IMG/VR virus record: IMGVR_UViG_3300028597_000015
DNA length: 64,000 nt
Source of the DNA: an uncultured virus (IMG/VR IMGVR_UViG_3300028597_000015)
Taxonomy: Duplodnaviria; Heunggongvirae; Uroviricota; Caudoviricetes
Strand: one strand, 5' to 3'
The notes below the pieces were generated by a model. That model saw nothing but the letters and a program-made list of their open reading frames with translations. It was not told where the DNA came from and ran no database searches. Shown in pieces: positions 38,909 to 47,928 of this stretch. Within the stretch, counting starts at the first letter, position 1, and every line of letters begins with the position of its first letter. Both the position numbers and the translations under genes were made by a program.

Positions 38909-39445
38909 CTACGCCGGGCGACCCCCCTTCGCGGTGATAGCCCGGGCGGTGCGGAAGTTCGGCACATTGTCCAGGGCGTCGGCGAGCGGATCGTAGGCGT
39001 GGGCGGCGCGGCGGTGCGCCCCGCAGGATGTCGCGTGCTCGAACCCGCGTCCGCAGTCCGGGCAGATCAGCGGGGCCGGTGGCCGAGGCTGGTTGGCGTG
39101 CTGGGTCCAGACGTGGCCGATCAGGGACCCTTTGCCCAGGGACTCCCGACAGACCGGACAGTATTCACGTTCCGGTGACGGGCCGGGGTCGCGCTGCATC
39201 GGCACCGAGGCAAGCGGACGCGGTGCCGCCCGCTCCGGCTGGGCGGCGGACATCGAGTGCGCGGCGTTGATGATCATCATCATCGCGTGGTGGGTCTCGC
39301 AACAGTCGATGAGCTTGACCGGCGGGTTGGTGACCTCGCCCTCGGTCAACCCGAGGGACCAGGTAGTGGTTGCGGCGGTGCGGGTCTCATCGCTCAGCCA
39401 GCAGAACTCGCACCACTTCTGGATGATGACCTCACGCATGGGCAT
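38909..39445 (-). CDS. Protein with Lsr2-like N-terminus and two C2H2 zinc fingers
   Basis: CPVC..x..HVWTQH and CPDCGRGF...HRRAAH. The N-terminal beta pattern is only loosely Lsr2-like. Confidence 0.65.
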   Translation of the reverse strand: MPMREVIIQKWCEFCWLSDETRTAATTTWSLGLTEGEVTNPPVKLIDCCETHHAMMMIINAAHSMSAAQPERAAPRPLASVPMQRDPGPSPEREYCPVCRESLGKGSLIGHVWTQHANQPRPPAPLICPDCGRGFEHATSCGAHRRAAHAYDPLADALDNVPNFRTARAITAKGGRPA

Positions 39446-39893
39446 CCTCGGCAGTGTCGACGTTGATCTGGCGTAGGACACTCCGAAGTCGGATTCGGTC
39501 ACGAGCATCACCGTCCAATCGGCCAGACCCCGAGATGGTGTAGCCCTCGGGGTAGTCGTAGTGCACGCTCAGGATCGATCCGTGGTGGTTGACCGTCCTG
39601 ACCTTCAGGGTGCTGCACCGGTTGCACCGCAGGGTGGACGTGTAGGTGCGATCGGGATTGAGCTTGGCGCCGTAGGGCTTCCATGCGTGCATGTAGTCCC
39701 GGCACTGGATGAAGTTCTCCGGCATGTCCTTCAGCGCGGTCTCCAGATCGAACAGGAGCGGCTGTGGCGTGCTCGGGAGACCCTTCAGGTTCCGCCGGGT
39801 CCCGGACCCTCTGGCCGGTAGCACGGTGGCCTGCGGTGTCTTCCGCTTGGCTCTGGCCGGCGGCTTCGAGGTCGCCTTCGTAGATGTGGCCAT
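39432..39893 (-). CDS. Zn-binding phage protein
   Basis: CRDYMHAW...CNRCST...YDYPEGY; basic N-terminus. Confidence 0.7.
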   Translation of the reverse strand: MATSTKATSKPPARAKRKTPQATVLPARGSGTRRNLKGLPSTPQPLLFDLETALKDMPENFIQCRDYMHAWKPYGAKLNPDRTYTSTLRCNRCSTLKVRTVNHHGSILSVHYDYPEGYTISGSGRLDGDARDRIRLRSVLRQINVDTAEDAHA

Positions 39894-40303
39894 TGAGTGT
39901 GGTGTCCTCTCGTCAGGGGCCTCTGGCTAGGGCCGCCCATTCGGCTAGTGCATCGAGCGTAACGCCGTCAAGCCCTCGCTTGACGGGCGACGTGCCCATG
40001 ACCTGCGCCGATTCCCCGCATCCGGAGCCCCCCTTGCCTCTGTACATGAGAACTGGATGTGAAGGAACAGTACCGCTGTGCTGTGGCAGATTCGTACAAA
40101 CCCACCCGTTTAGCCGAAGATCAAGTGTCGCACTGACCGCATACATCCGAATGGCGTATGCCTCCAGTCAGATGTGGGAATGGAACCGGTACAGGCCGTG
40201 AGCGACACGCCGTACATACACCCGGCTGAACGCCGCGAGCGCATTCGCCCCCCGCGCCTGGCTAGGCCGACCGGTGTACAGGCCGGTCGTATGCTCTTGG
40301 CCC

Positions 40304-40606
40304 GTGGACACCTTCCAGCCCGTTTTCGACGTGAACGACATCTGCGAGATGTGCGAGGAACCCATCGACGCCGGGTCCCTGGCCGAGGCCCAGCCGATCG
40401 GCACGCCGGAGGGACGTCGGCTGGCCCACCGCGAGTGTCTGCTGCGGAACGTCCTCGGCGGCATCGGCCACCTGGAGGACCACAACCACTGGTGCAACGA
40501 GATGCACGACCCGGACGGTGGCCGGTCGTACCGGCAGTCCGCACTGGAGGTCGACGCCTGGGTGCACCGCCACGGGGTCAGCGCCGCCGCCGCGATCAAG
40601 CCGTGA
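40304..40606 (+). CDS. Zn-binding hypothetical protein
   Basis: CEMCEEPI...HRECLLRNVLGGIGH...SYRQSAL; start uncertain. Confidence 0.6.
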   Translation: MDTFQPVFDVNDICEMCEEPIDAGSLAEAQPIGTPEGRRLAHRECLLRNVLGGIGHLEDHNHWCNEMHDPDGGRSYRQSALEVDAWVHRHGVSAAAAIKP

Positions 40607-40613
40607 GGCCCTG

Positions 40614-41042
40614 ATGGATCTGGACGGCTACCTGGACGGCATCCACATCGGGGTCACCGCCACCCGCTGGACCGTGACGTCCCTCCAGCGCCACCGGGTG
40701 GGCGAGATCCTGGACAGCTACCACGACCATCCGGTGCGCCCGTGGCTGCACCACGGCGACTGCGTCGGCGGCGACGAGATCGTGCAGAGCATGGCCCGGG
40801 CGCGGGGCCTGCGGACCGTCGTCCACCCGCCGACCAACCCGAGGTTCCGGGCGTGGTGCACGGGCGACGTGATCCATGACCCGCTGCCGTACATGGACCG
40901 GAACCAGGAGATCGTGAACTCGGTGGAGCGGCTGATCGTGGTGCCGCAAGGGGCGGAGGCCGACTACCCGCGCTCGGGCACCTGGGCCACCTGGCGCCGC
41001 GCCGTGCGGGCCGGCGTGCCCTGTGATGTGGTGCTGCCATGA
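40614..41042 (+). CDS. SLOG/DprA-like nucleotide-binding protein
   Basis: IGVTATR, HHGDCVGGD, RNQEIV and RSGTWAT SLOG motifs. Confidence 0.75.
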   Translation: MDLDGYLDGIHIGVTATRWTVTSLQRHRVGEILDSYHDHPVRPWLHHGDCVGGDEIVQSMARARGLRTVVHPPTNPRFRAWCTGDVIHDPLPYMDRNQEIVNSVERLIVVPQGAEADYPRSGTWATWRRAVRAGVPCDVVLP

Positions 41043-41086
41043 CACCACGCCGCCGGACGCCGGCGCCCGCCGAGAGGACCAGGCCA

Positions 41087-42426
41087 ATGGCCAAGCCAGC
41101 CCGCACCACGATCGTCCAGACGTATCCGCTGCCCGGCGACGGCAAAGTGTCGCTGACCGTGCTGTCCGAGGGGCAGTTGACCGGGGAGGACTACCGGCTG
41201 CTCTCCGAGTGCGTGGAGACCGTGCAGCGGTTCGCCGAGGCGGTGCGCCAACGGTCCATCATCCGGGCGGTGCCGGACTTCGATGAGGACCCGACGGAGA
41301 TCACCATCGTGGACGCCGACGAGTGAGCGGGGCATGCGATCCGATGCGATAGGTCGGTACATCCCCCGGGATCAATCCCGGTGTTTCCGGGTCAAGGCCG
41401 ACGGGAAGAAATGCAGACGGTTCATCGTGCCCGGCAAGGACGCCTGCCCGGATCACCTGAAGAACAACGAACGGACCCCCGAGGACCAGGAGCAGATGAT
41501 GACCTACGTGATGGGCACGGTGCTGGTCGGCGGTCGCCGCCGGGAGTTGATGTCCTGCGAATGCGGCGCGTCGATGATCGCCGGTTTCGATCACACCTGT
41601 GATCCGCAGGACCGGGAGGCGGCGGGTGTCTGAACCCGCATTCATGCCCGAGCCGGTGAATGCGTGGGATTCGCCGCCGCCGCCCGAGCACTTCTACTGG
41701 GACCAGATCGATGACCGGGTGCTGGACAAGGCGGACGCCGTTATGTGGACCTGGACGGTCTACCACGGCACGATTGACGCACCGCCGGGGTGGTTCATCG
41801 TCCGGCCATTCCTGATCGGTCGTGGGGGCGATGAGCCGGTTCCGTACACCGGATATCTGGCGCGGACCCTGGAACAGGCCCGGGAGCCGCTGGAAATGAT
41901 GGGCCTGTGGCCGATGGCGCGTAATGATGAGGACCCGAAGGGGGTAATTGAAACGTGGGTGTGAATGACGACGGGGATGACCCGGCGCAGGGGATCGAGG
42001 CGGTCCGCACGGCGGCCCTGGATTCCGTGCGGCACCACCTGAGAATGTTCGACACGTCGATGGCGTACGAGGATCTGTGGGAGAACCATCCATTGCTCAT
42101 CGAACGGGAGGCCGAGCAGGCGCAGGATCTGGCCGCGTACGTGGCCAATCAGTTGCACGAGACATTGACCGAAGCGGCGGTCGTCATGTTTACCCAGAGG
42201 ATTCCCAATGATCAATCCCCATACCCAGGCCCCTGACCAGCGGTCCACCTGGACCCATTCGATCTGCCGACACTGCTGGAACGTCACGCACCCGGATCGC
42301 CCGACGCTGTTTCCCGGTATCCAGGGCGAACCGGATACGTGCTGCCGGTGTGGGATATGGACGACGTCCGGCATCTACGTCCGGGCCAATCCCGACGACT
42401 TCACGTTCTGCGTGCACTCGGCGTAG
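41087..42426 (+). CDS. Run of five small hypothetical genes (41087-41326, 41334-41633, 41626-41964, 41961-42236, 42208-42426)
   Basis: Closely packed or overlapping ORFs, several with CxxC motifs. Confidence 0.55.
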
Positions 42427-42629
42427 CGGTGCCGATGCTTGATCGGCGAGTTACGTCGTCTATGGAGGATGGGGCCTTGCGCCGGTGAGGGACGCGGCCC
42501 GGCGATCCGAGCCAAGGCCAGCCGCTGGCGTGCCCCGCCGCAGGGCCACTCTTGACGATCCGGCCAGGGCCGCGTCCCTAAGATCATCCGGAGCGTAGGC
42601 GCAGGTCAGGGGCTGGGCAAGGGCTCATT

Positions 42630-42689
42630 CCAAATGCAGTAGTTCACGGACGTGCGTGGACACGAACACTCGCCAACTGCTACATTTGG
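42630..42689. other. Candidate attP of the serine integrase
   Basis: Outer arms CCAAATGCAGTAGTT / AACTGCTACATTTGG (13/15 dyad) and inner CGTG-GA-CACG share one axis. Lies 3 bp before the int start. Confidence 0.6.
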
Positions 42690-42692
42690 CCC

Positions 42693-44333
42693 ATGACACC
42701 ACTGAAGCGCCGGCAGACCCGCCGTGACCAGGACAAACGAGCCCAGGCCGCCGCCCAGCAGGCCGAGTTGACCGCCGTTCGACCCCTCGTTCCGTTGACC
42801 GAGGCCAACCCAAAACGGCGGACCGCGATGTACCTGCGGATCTCCATGGACAGCGATCTGTTGGGCGAGGGCATCGACCGGCAGCACTTCGAGTCGTGGG
42901 AGAAGGCCGAGGCCGAGGGGCTGGACGTAGTGGCCCTGTTCATCGACAACGACACCAGTGCCAGCACCGGCGAGTACCGGCCGGGCTTCGAGGACATGAA
43001 GGCGCTCGTTGCCGCCGGTGGCGTGGACTTCATCCTGTCGTGGTCGCAGGACCGGTTATTACGCAAGCCACGGCAGATCGAGGACTTCATCGATATCGCT
43101 ACCGATCACCCGATCAAGATCTATCAGGCAATCGAGGAAGCGACCGATCTGACCACCGCGTCGGGGCGGAAGGCGGCACGCGACCGGGCCGTCCAGGCGT
43201 CCTTCGAGACCGAGCGGAAAGCCGAACGCCAGCGCGCGCAAAGTCGTCAGCGCGCCCGTAAAGGCGTGACCCCGGTAACCGAATGCTTCGGTTACGACAT
43301 CATTCGGGATGAGAAAGGCCAGCCGCAGGCGGTCATCAATGCGGATGAGGCCAAGGTGGTCCGCGAGGTATTCGAGTGGTACGTCTCCGGGCTCGGCACG
43401 CACACCATCGCCCAGATGCTGAATGAACGCGGGCTGGTCAACTTGTGGAACAACCCGTGGAATCCGACATCGGTGCGGACGATGCTCCGGAATCCGCGCT
43501 ACATTGGCGAGCGGTGGCTCCAGAATTACCGGCGCCGGACCGACGGGACCAAGATCAAGGAAGTGACCTACTACGCCGAGGGCACCTGGGAACCGATCTT
43601 CACCGGCGACGACGTCGAGACATTGTTTCGCGAGGCCAATCGGCAGATGAAAGCCCGGCGCAAGTCAACCGGCACCAACGGCACGTCCCGGAAATGGCTG
43701 GGCACCGGCTTGTACATGTGCGTCCAGTGTGGCGGCACGGTCTCGGCGGGGCACCGCCCCCGGAAGAACGGGAATGAGGTCACCTACGATTGTCGCCCGC
43801 ATACGCATGTGACCCGTCCGGCCGCGAATGTCGACCTGCACGTCCGGCGCGTTGTGGCGGCATACGTCGCCCGGTACGGCGTGGGCGAACTGATCGCAGA
43901 CAAGGCCAGCGCCGACCAGAGTGCTGCGCTGAAAGAGGCCGAGGCGAAGATTGTCCGCAAACTGAGCCGGGTGGAATCCGATTACGACGACGAGATCCTG
44001 ACCGGCCCGGAGTACCGCCGGAAGAAGGATGATCTGAAGGCGGAACTGGAGACGGTCAGAGCCGATATCGCGGCGCTGGGACATTCCTCGGTGCTGTCCA
44101 TGCTGAACGGTTCGGCCGACCCGGCAGCGTTGTTCCTGGAGGCGCCGCTGGCCCTCCAGGCGGCGATCATCCGAGATCTGGGCACGGTCACCCTGACCAA
44201 GGGCAAGCGCGGTCATCGCCCGGCAAACTATTGGCTGCGCCCGGGGCACAAGTTCTCCGACACCATCCTGTTCCACTGGCGCTCGGGCCGGGAGATGGAC
44301 ATGACCGAGTTCGACATCCCGCTGGACGAGTAG
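42693..44333 (+). CDS. int: Large serine integrase (phiRv1-type)
   Basis: YLRIS catalytic Ser, DNDTSASTG..RPGF, DRLLR, recombinase domain, CVQCG Zn ribbon and coiled coil. Confidence 0.95.
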   Translation: MTPLKRRQTRRDQDKRAQAAAQQAELTAVRPLVPLTEANPKRRTAMYLRISMDSDLLGEGIDRQHFESWEKAEAEGLDVVALFIDNDTSASTGEYRPGFEDMKALVAAGGVDFILSWSQDRLLRKPRQIEDFIDIATDHPIKIYQAIEEATDLTTASGRKAARDRAVQASFETERKAERQRAQSRQRARKGVTPVTECFGYDIIRDEKGQPQAVINADEAKVVREVFEWYVSGLGTHTIAQMLNERGLVNLWNNPWNPTSVRTMLRNPRYIGERWLQNYRRRTDGTKIKEVTYYAEGTWEPIFTGDDVETLFREANRQMKARRKSTGTNGTSRKWLGTGLYMCVQCGGTVSAGHRPRKNGNEVTYDCRPHTHVTRPAANVDLHVRRVVAAYVARYGVGELIADKASADQSAALKEAEAKIVRKLSRVESDYDDEILTGPEYRRKKDDLKAELETVRADIAALGHSSVLSMLNGSADPAALFLEAPLALQAAIIRDLGTVTLTKGKRGHRPANYWLRPGHKFSDTILFHWRSGREMDMTEFDIPLDE

Positions 44334-44359
44334 GAGGCCCGCATAGGCTGACCGACACG

Positions 44360-44396
44360 AAAGGCCCCCTGCCTCGGTGACTGGCAGGGGGCCTTT
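44360..44396. terminator. Bidirectional intrinsic terminator after int
   Basis: AAAGGCCCCCTGCC-N9-GGCAGGGGGCCTTT between convergent genes. Confidence 0.85.
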
Positions 44397-44416
44397 GTCG
44401 TACCCGGGTCAGGCGG

Positions 44417-44614
44417 TCACTCGGCGCACCCGCGCCGGGCGCAGGTCACTTCCCCGGGGCCGGTGTCGACGGCCTGCATGTCCCTGCCGTGCCACGGGCG
44501 GACCGGGGTCCCGCATGCCGGTAGGTGCTGCACGTTGGCTACGTGGTAGCGCAGACGGCTGTCCAGTCCGGGCTCGGCAGCCTCGCGGATCTGACAGCGG
44601 TTGGCGGTGATCAT
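44417..44614 (-). CDS. Small Cys/His protein
   Basis: YH...PACG...VTCARRGC; coupled to the upstream gene. Confidence 0.55.
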   Translation of the reverse strand: MITANRCQIREAAEPGLDSRLRYHVANVQHLPACGTPVRPWHGRDMQAVDTGPGEVTCARRGCAE

Positions 44615-45045
44615 GCGGAGACCCCTGCCGCCCGCTTCACGCCGTGCTCGTCGCCGATCCGCCTGCTCAGCAGGAGGGCCAGCGCCGTGGCCTCATCCTC
44701 GGGCAGCGCATCGATCAGCGTGGCGATCCGGTGCACCCGGGCCGACATGCCGGACTGGTCGCGGCCGTACCATTCCTGTTCGATCCACCGCATCACGATG
44801 GTCTCATCGACAAGCATCATCGCGGCCAGCCCCGGTACCGCATCCCTGGACGGTGCGGGGCGCCGACCACCTTGGCGGTACCGGTTCGGATCGGTGGACA
44901 GCAGCAGTTGGTTGAACCAAGGTCCGCTGTACGCCTTGCTGCTGCGTAGCCACATCTGGTCGAACGTGTAGCCGCGTTCGATCATGGTGACCAGACGGTG
45001 GCTCAACGGGCGGGTGAAACGGTTGATGTGCGGGTAGGGCCTCAT
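44611..45045 (-). CDS. Probable immunity repressor (XRE-like HTH)
   Basis: GYTFDQM...S.PWFNQL...PSRDAVPGLAAMMLVDETIV resembles actinophage repressors; near int. Confidence 0.55.
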   Translation of the reverse strand: MRPYPHINRFTRPLSHRLVTMIERGYTFDQMWLRSSKAYSGPWFNQLLLSTDPNRYRQGGRRPAPSRDAVPGLAAMMLVDETIVMRWIEQEWYGRDQSGMSARVHRIATLIDALPEDEATALALLLSRRIGDEHGVKRAAGVSA

Positions 45046-45131
45046 CGCGGTGTCCCTTCGGGTCGGTGTCCACCCGAGTCTTCCCGGCCGACCCGGCGAT
45101 GTGTCGTCGGTCAACGAGATGACGACACCGG

Positions 45132-45398
45132 TCACTCGTCGGTGGCGTAGGGCCAGGCCTCGGCCACCGCCGCCCGCTCCCGCACCGCCGCCTCCAGTTC
45201 CTCATCGGTGTGGGTGTCCAGGTGGTTCTGGATCGACTGGCGGCTGATGCAGAACAGGGCGACGTTCGGCGACACGGTCACCTTGATGTTGCTGTTCTCC
45301 GGCCGGAACATCCGGACGCCGGTGCCGATGGGCGAGTCACAGACCGGGCACCGGACCTGGACCACCAGGTCGGCGATCTTCAGCAGGTCGATGGTCAT
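45132..45398 (-). CDS. Zn-binding hypothetical protein
   Basis: CPVC...H..TH. Confidence 0.6.
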   Translation of the reverse strand: MTIDLLKIADLVVQVRCPVCDSPIGTGVRMFRPENSNIKVTVSPNVALFCISRQSIQNHLDTHTDEELEAAVRERAAVAEAWPYATDE

Positions 45399-45610
45399 GC
45401 CGGTCGGGACAACAGGGCCGCGATGGTGACCACCTGCTCGGCCGTCATCGGCGGTGCGGCATCGACCACCGATGCCGCGTCGTCGGAGATCCCGCGCAAC
45501 TCGATGTCCTCCGGTGATCCGGGTTCAACTCCCGGCGGGGTTTCCCCCCGGATCAACGCCAGGATGAACTGGGGATCGCGGGATCGTTCTTCGGTGATGT
45601 AGCCGGACAT
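45395..45610 (-). CDS. Candidate recombination directionality factor (phiRv1 Rv1584c-like)
   Basis: RSRDPQFILA...AAPPMTAEQ...AALLSRP matches the recalled pattern RSR..DPEFIAA...AAPPLTDEQR..LAELLRP. GGAGG RBS. Confidence 0.6.
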   Translation of the reverse strand: MSGYITEERSRDPQFILALIRGETPPGVEPGSPEDIELRGISDDAASVVDAAPPMTAEQVVTIAALLSRPA

Positions 45611-45653
45611 GGCGGGGCCTCCGAGGGGCACGTCGGATGGGCCGCGCCGCCCG

Positions 45654-45756
45654 CTGGCTTCCCCCGCCCGATGCGGGTTTGCGGTGCTGCGGTGTGTGGC
45701 TTTCGCGCAGAGGCCAAAGGACCCTAGCCGGGGGTCGGGAGTCGGGCTCGCTCCCG
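45654..45756 (-). ncRNA. Leader RNA element, left copy
   Basis: Three hairpins with loops CGAGCCCGA, CCGGCTA and CTCTGCGCGAAA, plus a conserved 3' segment. Confidence 0.65.
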
Positions 45757-45769
45757 TCGCTGGGTGGGA

Positions 45770-45799
45770 ACGGTAGTCACGAAACCGGGCACGGTGCAA
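45770..45799 (-). promoter_or_regulatory. Leftward SigA-type promoter
   Basis: TTGCAC-N18-TACCGT on the - strand, just upstream of the left RNA copy. Confidence 0.5.
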
Positions 45800-45867
45800 G
45801 GGCGATGTAAGATACGAATCCGTTCTCGTTGTGCCGCAGTATCTTTCAATCAATTTTCGCCGAGTGC

Positions 45868-45898
45868 TGGACAGCACCGGTGTCCATGGGGGTAACGT
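45868..45898 (+). promoter_or_regulatory. Rightward promoter candidate with overlapping dyad
   Basis: TGGACA...TAACGT (-10 TANNNT; spacer is a non-ideal 19 nt), with a TGGACA-N7-TGTCCA dyad. Confidence 0.4.
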
Positions 45899-45912
45899 CA
45901 CCGTCGACTTCG

Positions 45913-46016
45913 AGAGCGAGCCCGACTCTGGTCCCGGTCAGACCCTCACGGCCTCTGAGCGAAAGCCGTAGTACGTCACCAGTACCCCAAACGCGCATTC
46001 GGGCAGCGGAAGCCAG
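45913..46016 (+). ncRNA. Leader RNA element, right copy
   Basis: Loops CGAGCCCGA, CCGGTCA and CTCTGAGCGAAA, with different but complementary stems. Confidence 0.65.
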
Positions 46017-46157
46017 GGGACGGCGGTGGCAACCACATCCACCCGCGTAGGCGGGGCGGGCGTGCCGGTGCAGTTGTTCTGTACCGATCGCCCGTCCGGC
46101 AGGTCGACCCTGCGCGCGGTGGATGACCACCTGGTTGCTACCCCCATGGAGCCCCGC

Positions 46158-46454
46158 ATGAGCGACCCTTCCCCACCCCTCCGCCGGCACTGGGAGGACC
46201 ACCCCGACGCCGCCGCCGAGGCCGCCCGCCGTAGCTGGGCGAACACCCCCGACCGCACGGCGCGCACGGCGCCGGCCCGGGCCGCCCAACTGGCCCGCTA
46301 CCTCGATCAGGTCGACCCCGACCGGGTGTTGCCCGAGGACGAACGCGCCCGCCAGGTCGAACTGGCCCGTCGGGCGTGGTACGCGGCGATCGGTCGGCTC
46401 GGTGCCCGGGCCAATCGCGAGCGTCGGAACGGCAAGGCCGACCGTGCAGCCTGA
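46158..46454 (+). CDS. Basic protein typical of actinobacterial prophage-like elements
   Basis: SWANTPDRTARTAPAR...VDPDRVLP..ERAR motif. Confidence 0.75.
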   Translation: MSDPSPPLRRHWEDHPDAAAEAARRSWANTPDRTARTAPARAAQLARYLDQVDPDRVLPEDERARQVELARRAWYAAIGRLGARANRERRNGKADRAA

Positions 46455-46885
46455 CGAACCGGTGCGGCATCCGGGTGTACCCCGACCGCCACGTCGCCCG
46501 CAGCCACCGGATTCTCCGGTTCCCGTTCCGGTCGGCCGAGAATCCCTGTGGCATCCGGGGTATTGCGTAGGCATTAGCTCTCTCGGCCCAGCACAGCGGT
46601 GCGCCGACAGTGGTCACGCGGGGCTAAGCATCTGCCCCCGTTCGACCCCGTATGGCCAGGTCAGAGCACGTTTGGCGCTCTCTTTGCCGACCCGTGACCC
46701 CGCGACACGACGTCAATCGGGTGATCTTCCCCCGTTCGGTCAATCGTTACCTGGTCGCCTCGATAAGGTCATCCCGGAGTTCGGTGGCGCGGGGGCGACC
46801 GGTGAACACGACGGGTCGAGCAGACGGCCCAGAGCGGATGAACGATGGCGTTCAGCGTGGTTCCGACGACCCCGGCGGGTGCGCG

Positions 46886-47149
46886 GTGACCCTTCATTGG
46901 CACGACTTCGCACCCGCTGACGCGGTCGGTCTGGACCTGTCGGTCCGACTCGACATCACCGCCCCGGTCAATGAATCCGGCGAACGCTGTCCCTGGCCAT
47001 GGGACCCCCAACAACGCGTCGGGGCACCGATCGGCATGTACCACTGCCCGTATTGCGGGGCCATGGTCATCGCCGGCCTACCGCACGTCGACTATTCCGC
47101 CGGGCCGGACCAACCGCCCGCGTCGGACGTGGGGACGTTCGCCGACTAA
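46886..47149 (+). CDS. Zn-binding hypothetical protein
   Basis: CPWPW...GMYHCPYCGAMVIAGLPH. Confidence 0.65.
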   Translation: MTLHWHDFAPADAVGLDLSVRLDITAPVNESGERCPWPWDPQQRVGAPIGMYHCPYCGAMVIAGLPHVDYSAGPDQPPASDVGTFAD

Positions 47150-47179
47150 CCCCCTTAGCACTGCTGACTTTTCAATCTG

Positions 47180-47581
47180 ATGGAGCCAATTGTGGCTACC
47201 CCCATGCCTTTTCCCGAGTCGCCGCCCCGCGACTCGCCCCGTCCCGACGACCCGGCCGACCAGGAGGCCCTTGACCGAGCGATCAATGACTGGTGGGACC
47301 ACACCCTCACCATCGAGAAGGCCACCGAGGCAAGGGATGCGGCAGCGGCTGTCATTCTGGCGCTACTGCCTCCGGGCACGGTGCGCGGCTCTGTGTCGGT
47401 CGCGCGCGGCCGGCGTCGGTTCTCGCCGGAGCTGGCGGCGCGTGCACTGAGCGCGGCGCAGTTCGCGTCCATCTGCGAGTACGCGCCGTCCGTCCGGCTG
47501 GCCCGGGAGAAGCTGGACGGTGAGTTCCTGGACTCGCTGTACATCGACTCCGGCACGCCGTTCGTGCGGCGGGCGACATGA
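47180..47581 (+). CDS. Hypothetical protein
   Basis: ATGA-coupled to the next gene. Confidence 0.55.
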   Translation: MEPIVATPMPFPESPPRDSPRPDDPADQEALDRAINDWWDHTLTIEKATEARDAAAAVILALLPPGTVRGSVSVARGRRRFSPELAARALSAAQFASICEYAPSVRLAREKLDGEFLDSLYIDSGTPFVRRAT

Positions 47582-47928
47582 CCACCGTGCACCCCGGTTT
47601 CGGCCCGCCCAAGCCGTACACGGTGGCCGTGTACAGCCCCGACGGCAAGGTGCCGAAGGTGCTGCGGGACTGCCTGGGCCAGGACGTCGAGCTGATCCCG
47701 GTGGACCCGCCGAACTGGGACCACACCGACGTCTACGTCAGCACCGCCGGGCTGTCCTGGCAGGCCGAGAAGTCGGCCGGGGCCGAGGGCGCCACCGTCA
47801 TCGTGCTGCCCGAGGCCACCCGTTGGCTGCGTGACCGCATCCAGGCGTCGCCCCACCCGCTGCGGCTGTTCGTCGCCGCCCGTGTCGGGGACCGCCCCTC
47901 CCCGTACCTGACTAGGAGATCCGCATGA
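47578..47928 (+). CDS. Hypothetical protein
   Basis: Coupled ORF with phage-like codon usage. Confidence 0.6.
   Translation: MTTVHPGFGPPKPYTVAVYSPDGKVPKVLRDCLGQDVELIPVDPPNWDHTDVYVSTAGLSWQAEKSAGAEGATVIVLPEATRWLRDRIQASPHPLRLFVAARVGDRPSPYLTRRSA

Noticed and set aside
45948..45969. Hammerhead ribozyme from CUGAGCGAAA
   Set aside because: It lacks CUGANGA followed by stem II, the left copy has CUGCGCGAAA, and no stem I/III architecture is evident.
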